Of a stretch of DNA of 40,068 nucleotides, positions 32,391 to 40,068 are shown piece by piece. Under the pieces are notes generated by a model. The model ran no database searches. It had not been told where the DNA came from and was given only the letters and a program-made list of their open reading frames with translations. Made by a program: the position numbers and the translations under genes. The stretch spans positions 1 through 40,068 of the forward strand of contig JAISYN010000095.1 of assembly GCA_031269915.1 (NCBI GenBank), written 5' to 3'. This DNA is from Synergistaceae bacterium. GTDB taxonomy: Bacteria; Synergistota; Synergistia; Synergistales; Synergistaceae. Position 1 is the first letter of the stretch, and each line of letters begins with the position of its first letter.

Positions 32391-33556
32391 ACATTGGCGC
32401 GAAGATGCTCTCCGAAGCGGAGGGGATAGCGGGTGACCTTGTCGAGTGGCGCAGATATTTTCACCAGTTTCCGGAACTCGGCATGGAAGAACATATGACG
32501 TCGAGCAAGATAGAGGGGTTGCTTTCGTCCATGCCCGGCATGGAGGTAGTAAAGGGCTTTGCTCTCTCTACCTGTGTTGTGGGGAGGATAGGGGGTTCGC
32601 TTCCCGGCGGGGCTGTCGCGTTTCGTGCCGAGATGGATGCTGTGGAGGTTAGGGAGGATACGGGGCTGCCGTTCAGCTCCTATGACGAGGGAATCTCCCA
32701 TGTGCAGGGACACGACGCTCATATGGCGTCGTTGCTTGGTACGGCAGCTCTGCTCTCCGATCATCGGGACAGCCTCAAACATCCCGTCGTGTTCATCTTT
32801 CAGCCCGCAGATGAAGGCAAGGGCGGTTCGAGATATCTGCTCGACGCGGGTTTGCGGGAAAAATTCGGCATAGAAAAGATGCTTTGCGTCCATTGGGTTC
32901 CTTATCTGCCCTACGGACAGGTGTTTACAAACAAAGGCGGGATCACGGCCTTCACGAACAAGCTCCATATCGGCCTTTCCGGGCAGGGAGGTCACGGAGC
33001 GACGCCATATCTGACGGCCGATCCGCTGTATTTGTCGGCTTTGATACAGGTTACTCTTCAATCGGTCCTGATTCGCGAGGTCTCCCCTCAAAAGACGGCG
33101 GTACTGTCCTTTGGGCGCATCGAAGCGGCGGAAGTTTACAACGTCATCGCCAAAGAAGTCAATATGTGGGGCACGCTCCGTACGACGGATCGCGATACGA
33201 ACCGTTTTCTCAAACGGAGAATAGAGGATGTCGTCCGTGCGATGGCGCATATAGCGCACATATCCGCTGCGGTCGAATATACGCTTGATTATGGGCAGGT
33301 GGTGAACGACGGCGAATTGGTGTCCGATATATTTGAAGCCGGCACTGCTCTCATAGGCAGCGACGGCATGTGCCCGCTGAAAGAGCCTCTCCTGGTCGGA
33401 GAGGATTTCTGCTATTTCGCTGAAAGAATACCTTCCTGTATGATGTTTCTCGGCACTGGGATGGAATACGGATTGTACCATGCCAGGTACGACATACCGG
33501 AAAACCTGCTGCCTTTCGCTTCGGCGTGGGGCGCGTATCTTGCTATGTCCCTCTGA
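32387..33556 (+). CDS. M20D-family amidohydrolase (N-acyl-amino acid amidohydrolase / hippurate hydrolase-like)
   Basis: ATGA overlap with the upstream stop. Motifs: LVEWRRYFHQFPELGMEE, FRAEMDAV, GHDAHMASLLG, FIFQPADEG, GQGGHGATP, VGEDFCYF. Confidence 0.85.
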   Translation: MNIGAKMLSEAEGIAGDLVEWRRYFHQFPELGMEEHMTSSKIEGLLSSMPGMEVVKGFALSTCVVGRIGGSLPGGAVAFRAEMDAVEVREDTGLPFSSYDEGISHVQGHDAHMASLLGTAALLSDHRDSLKHPVVFIFQPADEGKGGSRYLLDAGLREKFGIEKMLCVHWVPYLPYGQVFTNKGGITAFTNKLHIGLSGQGGHGATPYLTADPLYLSALIQVTLQSVLIREVSPQKTAVLSFGRIEAAEVYNVIAKEVNMWGTLRTTDRDTNRFLKRRIEDVVRAMAHIAHISAAVEYTLDYGQVVNDGELVSDIFEAGTALIGSDGMCPLKEPLLVGEDFCYFAERIPSCMMFLGTGMEYGLYHARYDIPENLLPFASAWGAYLAMSL

Positions 33557-33585
33557 CTTGCGGGCGGCACGGGAGGAGTTATGTT

Positions 33586-35061
33586 TTGTTGAATGACAGA
33601 CTTGACGAGATGATTATGCGGGGGTGCTCGGCATACCCTACCGAACCTTGCCTGTGGTGGCACGGGGAGTGGTGGTCCAGGGGCGCGCTCGACGAAATGG
33701 TAATGGAATGCGAGGACAATTTGGTCCAAAGCGGTTTTTCGGCCGGTCAGAGATTGGGCTTGGTCATGCCGAACAGTCCTCTGCTGCTTGCGAGCTGTGT
33801 CGCCGCATGGCGGCTTGGCGGAGCTGTCGTTCCGGTGAACCCCCAATTGAAATACCCGCACATCTCGGAATATCTGAAAAGCGTCGATGTATTTGGCGTG
33901 GTGGTGAACCGTGAAATAGATTTTATCGCCGACAAGCTGGTAGAAGCCGGAATACCGGCCGCGGTAGCCGGACAGGGAGACGCGATCCCCACAATGGAAG
34001 GCAGACAGGGCATTCCGGACCCCGATTCTAAACTTGCGGCACTGTTTCATACAAGCGGAGCAGGCGGGGTTGTAAAGGCCGTCCCGATAACTCACGAAAA
34101 CATCGTCACTCTTCTTTCGTCTATTTTGGAAGCCATTTCCGGCATGAACGAGGACGATGTCATATTGAACGCTATACCGAACTATCATTCACTTGGTTTC
34201 GTGGTCGGAGGGATAATGCCGCTTGCGGCCGGAATACCGCAGGTGCTCGTTTCTTCTTTCACGCCGCCCAAAAACGCGCTTAATGCCATACGTCTGGCCG
34301 GCGTGACCATAATACCCGCGGTGCCCGTAATGCTCAGTATTCTGCTGAGCGGGGCGAATATGACTCCGATGTCGAAAGTGAAGCTGGTGTTCTATGGCGG
34401 AGGAGAACTCATGCCCGGCGTCGCGGAGAGGGCGAAGGAGATATTCGGCGTGACTCCTCTCCCCGGCTACGGCCTCACTGAAGCGTCCAGCGTCCTCGCG
34501 GTCACTCCGTCGGAGGGCTCGATAAAGCCTGGGACGTCCGGCAAAATATTGCCATGTTTCGATGCCAAAGTAATCGGTCCTGACGGCGAGCCTCTCCCTT
34601 TCGGCGCGGACGGCATGCTGTGGATACGCGGCGGAGCGCTCGCTTCCGGATATTACAGAACGCCTGAGATATCGTCCGAGAGATTCCGCGACGGCTGGTT
34701 CGACACGCAGGATGTTGTGAGAATCGATGAATACGGCTATATAACCATAGCCTCTCCCGCTGTGGATGTGATGACTATAGAGGGAATGGCGGTCTATCCG
34801 GGCGAGATAGAGGCGGTGCTGAAATCCCATCCCCATATAGCGGAAGCCGCCGTGATAGGGTTGCCGCGAGGACAAAAAGGGGAATACGCGCGAGCTTATG
34901 TCGTGCTGAAGGAAGGAAGCTCGCTGCGCCCCAAAGATATAATCATGTACGGGCGAAGCCGCCTGCCCAATTACAAGGCGCCGAGGTCGGTCAGGATACT
35001 TCCGGAACTTCCGGCCGACAGTTTGGGCAAGGTGCTCAGGCACGAACTCAGATCGCTCTGA
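33586..35061 (+). CDS. AMP-dependent synthetase/ligase (acyl-CoA synthetase-like adenylate-forming enzyme)
   Basis: TTG lies 9 nt after GGGAGG. Motifs: LFHTSGAGGVVKAV (A3-like), GYGLTEAS, GWFDTQDV, LPADSLGKVLRHEL (A10 Lys). Confidence 0.85.
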   Translation: MLNDRLDEMIMRGCSAYPTEPCLWWHGEWWSRGALDEMVMECEDNLVQSGFSAGQRLGLVMPNSPLLLASCVAAWRLGGAVVPVNPQLKYPHISEYLKSVDVFGVVVNREIDFIADKLVEAGIPAAVAGQGDAIPTMEGRQGIPDPDSKLAALFHTSGAGGVVKAVPITHENIVTLLSSILEAISGMNEDDVILNAIPNYHSLGFVVGGIMPLAAGIPQVLVSSFTPPKNALNAIRLAGVTIIPAVPVMLSILLSGANMTPMSKVKLVFYGGGELMPGVAERAKEIFGVTPLPGYGLTEASSVLAVTPSEGSIKPGTSGKILPCFDAKVIGPDGEPLPFGADGMLWIRGGALASGYYRTPEISSERFRDGWFDTQDVVRIDEYGYITIASPAVDVMTIEGMAVYPGEIEAVLKSHPHIAEAAVIGLPRGQKGEYARAYVVLKEGSSLRPKDIIMYGRSRLPNYKAPRSVRILPELPADSLGKVLRHELRSL

Positions 35062-35064
35062 CGA

Positions 35065-35850
35065 ATGGACGGACATCCGCTCTGTTTTATCTTCGATGAC
35101 TCGTCGGAGGGCCGCGTGTTGTGCAAACCGGACGGCGGGCTGCTCTCACCGGAAGAGGCCGGCGGTTTAGAGGGATATTTCGAAACGGGCGGAATGGTAT
35201 TGAAGCGTCAGCCATGCGATACTTGGGGCCTGCTTAAATTTGGCTCCGACGTGCATGGGCGGGACGAATATACTTTTGTAAGCAGAAGAAGTTTCTCCGA
35301 TAAGGGAGACGATCTTTTCAGGCGAGCCGGAGTCGCTTTTCAGATGATGCGACTGCGCCTTAAAAATAAATACTGCGGCGTCTGTGGAGGCGTTATGGCC
35401 GATCACGAACAGGATCGGGCAAGGGTTTGCCCTTCGTGCGGAAATGTCGTGTATGCAGCGCCGGCGCCGGCCGTGATAGTAGCCGTTGAAAAAGACGGAG
35501 AGATACTTCTGGGACACAATGTCAATTTCCCCAAGGGACGCTACAGCGTTATCGCGGGCTTCGTGGATCCTGGGGAAACCTTGGAAGAGACAGTGGCCCG
35601 CGAAGTCTTTGAGGAATCCCGAGTCCGAATAAAAAATATACGCTACTTCGGAAGCCAGCCGTGGCCTTTCCCAAACTCTATGATGTTCGGTTTCACTGCC
35701 GATTGGGAAAGCGGCGATCCTACGCCGGACGGCGGCGAACTAAGCGACGTCCGCTGGTTCAAACCGAGCGCCTTGCCCGACCTTCCTCCATCGGTAAGCA
35801 TATCGAGAAAACTTATCGACGGCTGGCTTGAAAGATCGCGAAATAAATAG
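35065..35850 (+). CDS. nudC: NAD(H) pyrophosphatase / NAD-cap decapping Nudix hydrolase NudC
   Basis: Zinc ribbon: CGVCGG...CPSCGN. Nudix box: GFVDPGETLEETVAREVFEESRV. NudC-specific motif: SQPWPFPNS. Confidence 0.85.
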   Translation: MDGHPLCFIFDDSSEGRVLCKPDGGLLSPEEAGGLEGYFETGGMVLKRQPCDTWGLLKFGSDVHGRDEYTFVSRRSFSDKGDDLFRRAGVAFQMMRLRLKNKYCGVCGGVMADHEQDRARVCPSCGNVVYAAPAPAVIVAVEKDGEILLGHNVNFPKGRYSVIAGFVDPGETLEETVAREVFEESRVRIKNIRYFGSQPWPFPNSMMFGFTADWESGDPTPDGGELSDVRWFKPSALPDLPPSVSISRKLIDGWLERSRNK

Positions 35851-35974
35851 TCAATAAAAATCAATTCTCCAAACCTCTTTTAATGGCATGAGCCCTCAGT
35901 TGTACCGCTTCACGGTTACGCTTTATGTTAAAATATCTATAAAATAAACCGCGATAGAAGCTTATAACGGGGAG

Positions 35975-36892
35975 GTGATAAAGATTGGAAAAAAATTCGT
36001 AACCTATGCGCAAGAATTTGAGGATTGTATTTTATTTTGCGTTCTGAACTGGATTGAAAAAGGGTTTTATGTAGACGTTGGCGCGAACGATCCTGCAATT
36101 CTTTCAGTGACCAAAGCGTTTTACGATCGTGGATGGAACGGAATAAACATCGAGCCGTTGCGGGAGGAATACAGCAAACTCTGTCGTGACCGACCACGCG
36201 ATATCAATCTGAACATTGGCGTCGGCGGAGAAAACGGAGAGAAGGAATTTGCGGTTTTGGGCGCGAGTACGACCTGTGATATGGATGAAATACTTAAATT
36301 ACAAGATGAAATTGGCGTATTGAATAAGAAGATTTTACCAATAAGGAAATTATCTGATGTATTACGGGAATACGAGGATGAACACGGAAAACAAACAATA
36401 CATTTTTGCAAGATAGATGTGGAAGGATCGGAAAGAGACGTACTCGAAGGTATGAATCTTGAAGCCTGCAGGCCATGGGTTATGCTGCTTGAAGCTGCCT
36501 TTCCAGGTACACATATGCCAAACCATGATAGATGGGAAGATTTGCTGGTCGGCAACGGATATGAATATGTTTTCTCCTACGGAATCAATAGATATTACGT
36601 CGACACGCGCCTGGACCGCGGAACGCTCTTGAGACTGCGGGACGGTTTTCGCGACGCCGAACTGTGCGGAAAGGGCGAATATGACTTTGTAAGGCAATCT
36701 AATCCTGACAAAATATTGAACGGTTATATGCTATTACGTTTTACGCGTGATTTTATCAAAAAGATTGCCCTAGGCGAAATAACTTTTAATGAATACATAA
36801 CGCGTCGCAGAGCGATTAAAGTTTTCGCCAATATTCCATTGTTAAAGGAAATAGAGTGGTTTGGTAAATTTATTCTGCTGCGCAGGGATTAG
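35975..36892 (+). CDS. FkbM-family SAM-dependent methyltransferase
   Basis: Motifs: AQEFEDCILF...GFYVDVGANDP...SVTKAFYDRGWNGINIEP...KIDVEGSERDVLEGM. The GTG start overlaps the GGAGG, so the exact start is uncertain. Confidence 0.75.
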   Translation: MIKIGKKFVTYAQEFEDCILFCVLNWIEKGFYVDVGANDPAILSVTKAFYDRGWNGINIEPLREEYSKLCRDRPRDINLNIGVGGENGEKEFAVLGASTTCDMDEILKLQDEIGVLNKKILPIRKLSDVLREYEDEHGKQTIHFCKIDVEGSERDVLEGMNLEACRPWVMLLEAAFPGTHMPNHDRWEDLLVGNGYEYVFSYGINRYYVDTRLDRGTLLRLRDGFRDAELCGKGEYDFVRQSNPDKILNGYMLLRFTRDFIKKIALGEITFNEYITRRRAIKVFANIPLLKEIEWFGKFILLRRD

Positions 36893-36922
36893 TTCATAAA
36901 TAACTTGGACAATACAGTTACA

Positions 36923-36952
36923 GCGCCGCGGGCGGATTTGTGCTCGCGGCGC
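36923..36952. other. 8-bp GC hairpin between convergent genes
   Basis: GCGCCGCG-14 nt-CGCGGCGC. There is no U-tract on either strand. Confidence 0.3.
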
Positions 36953-36963
36953 AGAGTAAGCGG

Positions 36964-38760
36964 TTACACGGCGAATTTCGCTACTTGCCCCTGCATATCG
37001 TTCGCGATAACGGACAAGTTTTTGCTGAAGTCCTCTATTTTCCCGACGCTTGCCGATTGATCCTGAGTCACACAGGCGATGCCCTTCGCGGCGCCGAGTG
37101 TCTTGGAACAGATATTGCCCAGCTCACCGGCGACATCCTGAACGACTCGGCTTGACTCGGAAAGTTCTTTCGCCACGGAGGTGATTTTTTGGATTTCCTG
37201 GTCCAGTTCTCTGATGTTGGCGATGATTTTTTCCAGAACCTCGCTGTTTTGAGTGACTACCGCCACGCCTTTTTCCGACTCGGTCACGCCGATATTCATC
37301 AGATCCACCGTGCCGTCCGCGTCCTGCTGGAGTTCGAGGATCTCCTGGGTTATTTTTTCCGTAGCTTGCCGCGACTGTTCCGCCAGCTTTCGAACCTCTT
37401 CCGCCACGACGGCAAACCCCCGTCCCTGCTCGCCCGCTCTTGCCGCTTCTATCGCCGCGTTGAGAGCCAGAAGGTTGGTCTGAGCTGAGATTCCGTTGAT
37501 AAGTTCCACTATCTCGTTGATCTTTTTGAATTTTTCTCCCAGGCTTTTCACAGCCTCGGCAGTCTTTTTCGTGGTCTCGGAAATATGATCCATTTGCGCT
37601 ATCGCTCCGCTCAGGGATCTGCTCCCTTCCTCCGCCATAGCTGAGGTCTGAACGGATTTGTCGGATATTTTCGCGCTGCCGGACGCTACATCTTCGATTC
37701 CTCCGCCAATCTCGTCAATCGCCTTAGTCATATTTTCGACAGCATACATCTGCGCCTGCGCGTCTCTCGCGATTTCTTCGGCGGAACCAGCCACTTCGCG
37801 GGCGGAGCGTGCCGACTGCTCAGAGTTTTCCAGCAGCACGCCGCTCGTGCCGAACAATTCTTCGGCGGACTCGTTGAGCTGTTTCAACAACCCGGCAAGG
37901 TTCTCCGCCATATCTTTCATAGATTTTCTGAGCGCGCCTATCTCATCCCGCCGTGAATCTTCTTCTATTTTAACGGCGAAGTTGCCCTGCGCCACTTCGG
38001 CCGACAGCTCGCTCAGCTCCATAATAGGCTTCACAAACCTTTTTGTGTAAGCGAAAGTGAGACACAAGACCACAATGAAAAGGGCCAGAAATCCGGTCAC
38101 CGTATAAATGAGCAAACGGTTGATGAAAGCCTGCGCTTCCTTCTGCCAGTTGGCAATCTGAGCGTCAATCGCGGCGTTCCAGTCCTCGGTCCAGAATCCT
38201 GTTCCAATGACCCACTTCCAAGGTTTGTATTCGATGGAATAGCCGATTTTTTGCTTGCCCTCGGTTTCACCGGGTTTTTCATAGAAAAATTCCGTGAAAT
38301 CGCCTCCTCGCATTCCCGACTCAATGATCGCGCGGATCATCTCCATATTGTTGGCATCAAGCGCTTTTATGCGGTTTTTCCCCTCTATCTGCGGCGTAAT
38401 GGGATGAAGGACATTATTTCCATTCGTCTCGTCAATCCAGAAATAATTTCCTCCCTGCAACGCTTTATTGTCCGTATCATACCGTATAACCCTGATTTGT
38501 TCTTTCGCCTGTTCCTGCGCTTCTTTTAACGAAAGATTCCCGTCTCTCACCTGCCTGTCGAAATACTCGAAAAGTGATGAGAAGGCGATAGTGATGTTCT
38601 TCATGCTTTCTTTCTGCACATCGAACAGAGATTGTCTGGTGTAGCGCAAATTTTGCTCATAATTCGCCCGTATCTCGTAAATCTGAAACACGACGGCGAA
38701 AATCATCACCGAGACCAGAATGGCGGCGATGGAGAATGTTAATTTATACCGTAAGCTCAT
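36964..38760 (-). CDS. methyl-accepting chemotaxis protein with a periplasmic sCache_2-like sensor, HAMP and MA domains
   Basis: GGGAGGG lies 8 nt before the ATG. It has an N-terminal TM helix, the Cache motif [27 protein letters not shown], a second TM helix, HAMP (PIMELSE..AQGNF) and a signalling domain ([37 protein letters not shown]). Confidence 0.9.
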   Translation of the reverse strand: MSLRYKLTFSIAAILVSVMIFAVVFQIYEIRANYEQNLRYTRQSLFDVQKESMKNITIAFSSLFEYFDRQVRDGNLSLKEAQEQAKEQIRVIRYDTDNKALQGGNYFWIDETNGNNVLHPITPQIEGKNRIKALDANNMEMIRAIIESGMRGGDFTEFFYEKPGETEGKQKIGYSIEYKPWKWVIGTGFWTEDWNAAIDAQIANWQKEAQAFINRLLIYTVTGFLALFIVVLCLTFAYTKRFVKPIMELSELSAEVAQGNFAVKIEEDSRRDEIGALRKSMKDMAENLAGLLKQLNESAEELFGTSGVLLENSEQSARSAREVAGSAEEIARDAQAQMYAVENMTKAIDEIGGGIEDVASGSAKISDKSVQTSAMAEEGSRSLSGAIAQMDHISETTKKTAEAVKSLGEKFKKINEIVELINGISAQTNLLALNAAIEAARAGEQGRGFAVVAEEVRKLAEQSRQATEKITQEILELQQDADGTVDLMNIGVTESEKGVAVVTQNSEVLEKIIANIRELDQEIQKITSVAKELSESSRVVQDVAGELGNICSKTLGAAKGIACVTQDQSASVGKIEDFSKNLSVIANDMQGQVAKFAV

Positions 38761-39260
38761 GTCGATACCCTCCCAGTGTAACGCAATCCGAAATTAGAAA
38801 AAGCGGCGTCTCGCGGAATTGGCGTCGCCTCGCCGCGCAAATACTTGAAAACCGCAGCGTAAGTTGAAATACTATTAAGAAGGCTGATTTATCGTTAGGG
38901 GCCTAAAGGGTAAAGATTTATATCCTTGCGGCGCCTGTGCTTCTAAACGGTAAGATGCCGTTTAAGCGAATTAATCAGCGCTTCCTTAATTTATACTTTA
39001 TCATAATTATCCATCATATTATCTTTTTTTTCTTTTATTTTTCTATTGCTTTTACAGAATAAAATCACCGACATTCGGCGTCCCCGCAGGCGGACATGTT
39101 TTTTCGCGCTGTCTCGCGCTATAGGACGGAATTTTAACTGTAAAAATTTGAGTATATGGGCATTGACTATTAATGATTTTCGGAACCCTCCAAAAATCGG
39201 AAAGACAAAAGGGAAGTTTCGTTGTATATTTATGAGGACGGAAAAAGGAGCTGAATTTGC

Positions 39261-39749
39261 GTGGAAGCGAGTCACGAATTCGATCATGAGATATGTAATT
39301 CGCGCGTAAGACCGATTGCGGACGCGCTGATAAAGAAATACGACGAACTGCACCATATTCCGCTGGACAGCATTCTCTTTATAGTGAATCACAAATATTC
39401 CGGTTCGAAGGACAGGATTGTCCTGGCGCGCACGTATTCCGTGCCCGAAAAATGGAGGGACATCCTCTTTCAACTCGGCGCGCTTTCCTGCTCTTATATA
39501 ATGGAATTTTTCAGCAAGACGACGTCGTGCCTGGACGAAAATCAAATGACGGCGCTGGTTTACCGGGAACTCAGGAGGATAGGCGCGGAGGGAAAAATAA
39601 TCCCCCCTGACACCAACGAATGGTGGCAGGTTTTGATAGGTTTGGGGCGGCATTGGTTTTATCCCGACATGAGCTGCCCGAACCTGCTGGACGAGAACGT
39701 CGACTGGAAAATATTGATGGGACGCAACTATGAATTGCCCTCTGAGTGA
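39261..39749 (+). CDS. hypothetical protein; layout resembles small phage/ICE-borne 'putative metallopeptidase' proteins but lacks the His ligands
   Basis: GTG lies 10 nt after AAAGGAG. ...IKKYDELHHIPLDSILFIV...DRIVLARTYSVPEKWRDIL...YIMEF...LDENQMTALVYRELRRIG...PPDTNEWW.... The expected HELxH position reads RELRR. Confidence 0.4.
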   Translation: MEASHEFDHEICNSRVRPIADALIKKYDELHHIPLDSILFIVNHKYSGSKDRIVLARTYSVPEKWRDILFQLGALSCSYIMEFFSKTTSCLDENQMTALVYRELRRIGAEGKIIPPDTNEWWQVLIGLGRHWFYPDMSCPNLLDENVDWKILMGRNYELPSE

Positions 39750-39831
39750 ACATGGATCTCCGCGCCATGGAAGTAACGAACCTATTGTGCGGGCTGGCTG
39801 CCCGAAGGACGATATCGAAAGGAGTCCGGTC

Positions 39832-40068
39832 ATGAAAAAATCGCTAAACGGGCAATCGCGGGCTGTGTTTTTTTTGTCTCTTCTGATCTGCCTGTTACTT
39901 TCTGGAGGCGCGATCGCCGGCGAGGCATTTTCCGTAAAGGAATTTTCGCCGCAGGGAGAGGTGAAAGAAGCCGCCAATATACTGATAGACTTTTCGGCCT
40001 CCGTGGTCGTGAGCGACGATGTCGGGAAGTCGCTCACGCGCGACGAGTGGCCTGTGGTCTTCAATCCG
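39832..40068 (+). CDS. secreted protein, N-terminal fragment running off the window (possibly alpha-2-macroglobulin-like)
   Basis: AGGAG precedes the ATG. The signal peptide is MKKSLNGQSRAVFFLSLLICLLLSGGAIAG. It continues FSVKEFSPQGEVKEAANILIDFSASVV, which resembles the start of bacterial A2M/MG1 domains (from memory only). Confidence 0.45.
   Translation, partial: MKKSLNGQSRAVFFLSLLICLLLSGGAIAGEAFSVKEFSPQGEVKEAANILIDFSASVVVSDDVGKSLTRDEWPVVFNP

Noticed and set aside
32186-35076. Long minus-strand ORFs (32186..33481 and 34189..35076) opposite the M20D and ligase genes. The same applies to 23317..24387 opposite the dGTPase.
   Set aside because: They are shadow ORFs antisense to motif-bearing genes.
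38841-38940. Sigma-28 (TAAA-N15-GCCGATAA) promoter upstream of the MCP on the minus strand.
   Set aside because: An AACGATAA -10-like element exists, but the nearest TAAA is about 20 nt away rather than 15. The spacing does not fit.
38955-39062. 35-aa hydrophobic ORF (MPFKRINQRFLNLYFIIIIHHIIFFFFYFSIAFTE).
   Set aside because: The hydrophobicity is a by-product of translating a poly-T/AT-rich tract, and there is no RBS.
38991-40064. 357-aa minus-strand ORF spanning the right end.
   Set aside because: It runs through the AT-rich spacer and antisense to two plus-strand ORFs that have good RBSs, one of them with a textbook signal peptide. Its sequence is low-complexity and Arg/Phe-rich.
1-40068. 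Window-wide look for CRISPR repeats, IS elements/transposases, integrases, rRNA/tRNA genes, toxin-antitoxin pairs and known defence-system signatures.
   Set aside because: By eye I saw no periodic direct-repeat array, no transposase or integrase-like translation in the ORF track, and no cloverleaf-compatible segment. Absence by eye is not proof, and a repeat finder plus tRNAscan/Infernal run would settle it.

Overview
This is a densely coded, GC-rich 40 kb chromosomal segment with about 37 protein genes. I found no rRNA, tRNA, CRISPR array, transposase or integrase. A C-terminal sorting signal of the 'Synergist-CTERM' kind (GGGC-DAG, TM helix, RRGKRQ) and the amino-acid and organic-acid metabolism content suggest a Synergistota genome; that is an inference, not a proof.

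Gene order, left to right:
- Two tandem LeuC/LeuD-like Fe-S hydro-lyase pairs, a PNPOx-like flavoprotein and an atypical isocitrate/isopropylmalate-family dehydrogenase.
- A minus-strand block: M20 peptidase, NhaC antiporter, L-lactate permease, an unlisted 49-aa membrane ORF and an orphan, motif-degenerate tandem ABC ATPase.
- A YbaK-like deacylase and an Slt-type lytic transglycosylase.
- CitG, an XRE regulator and an ELP3-like radical SAM protein.
- A second YbaK, a nitroreductase and a surface-protein remnant.
- Pyruvate phosphate dikinase.
- DUF2157, GDYXXLXY and a dGTPase-like HD hydrolase.
- PBP1A.
- CheV, a hypothetical protein and CobO.
- A PPDK_N-only ATP-grasp protein, divergent from a four-gene operon: catalytically eroded CbiA-like protein, variant M20D amidohydrolase, variant adenylate-forming ligase and NudC.
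- A low-GC FkbM methyltransferase.
- An sCache_2 MCP.
- An AT-rich spacer with a His-less phage/ICE-type 'metallopeptidase-like' ORF.
- The start of a secreted protein.

The best candidate for an undescribed system is the block at 28.6-35.9 kb: CobO, the ATP-grasp protein, the pseudo-CbiA, M20D, the AMP-ligase and NudC. Secondary leads are the duplicated hydro-lyase/dehydrogenase cluster, two orphan terminator or structured-RNA loci in intergenic regions, and the low-GC right-hand end. All calls rest on motifs read by eye. No database search was run.
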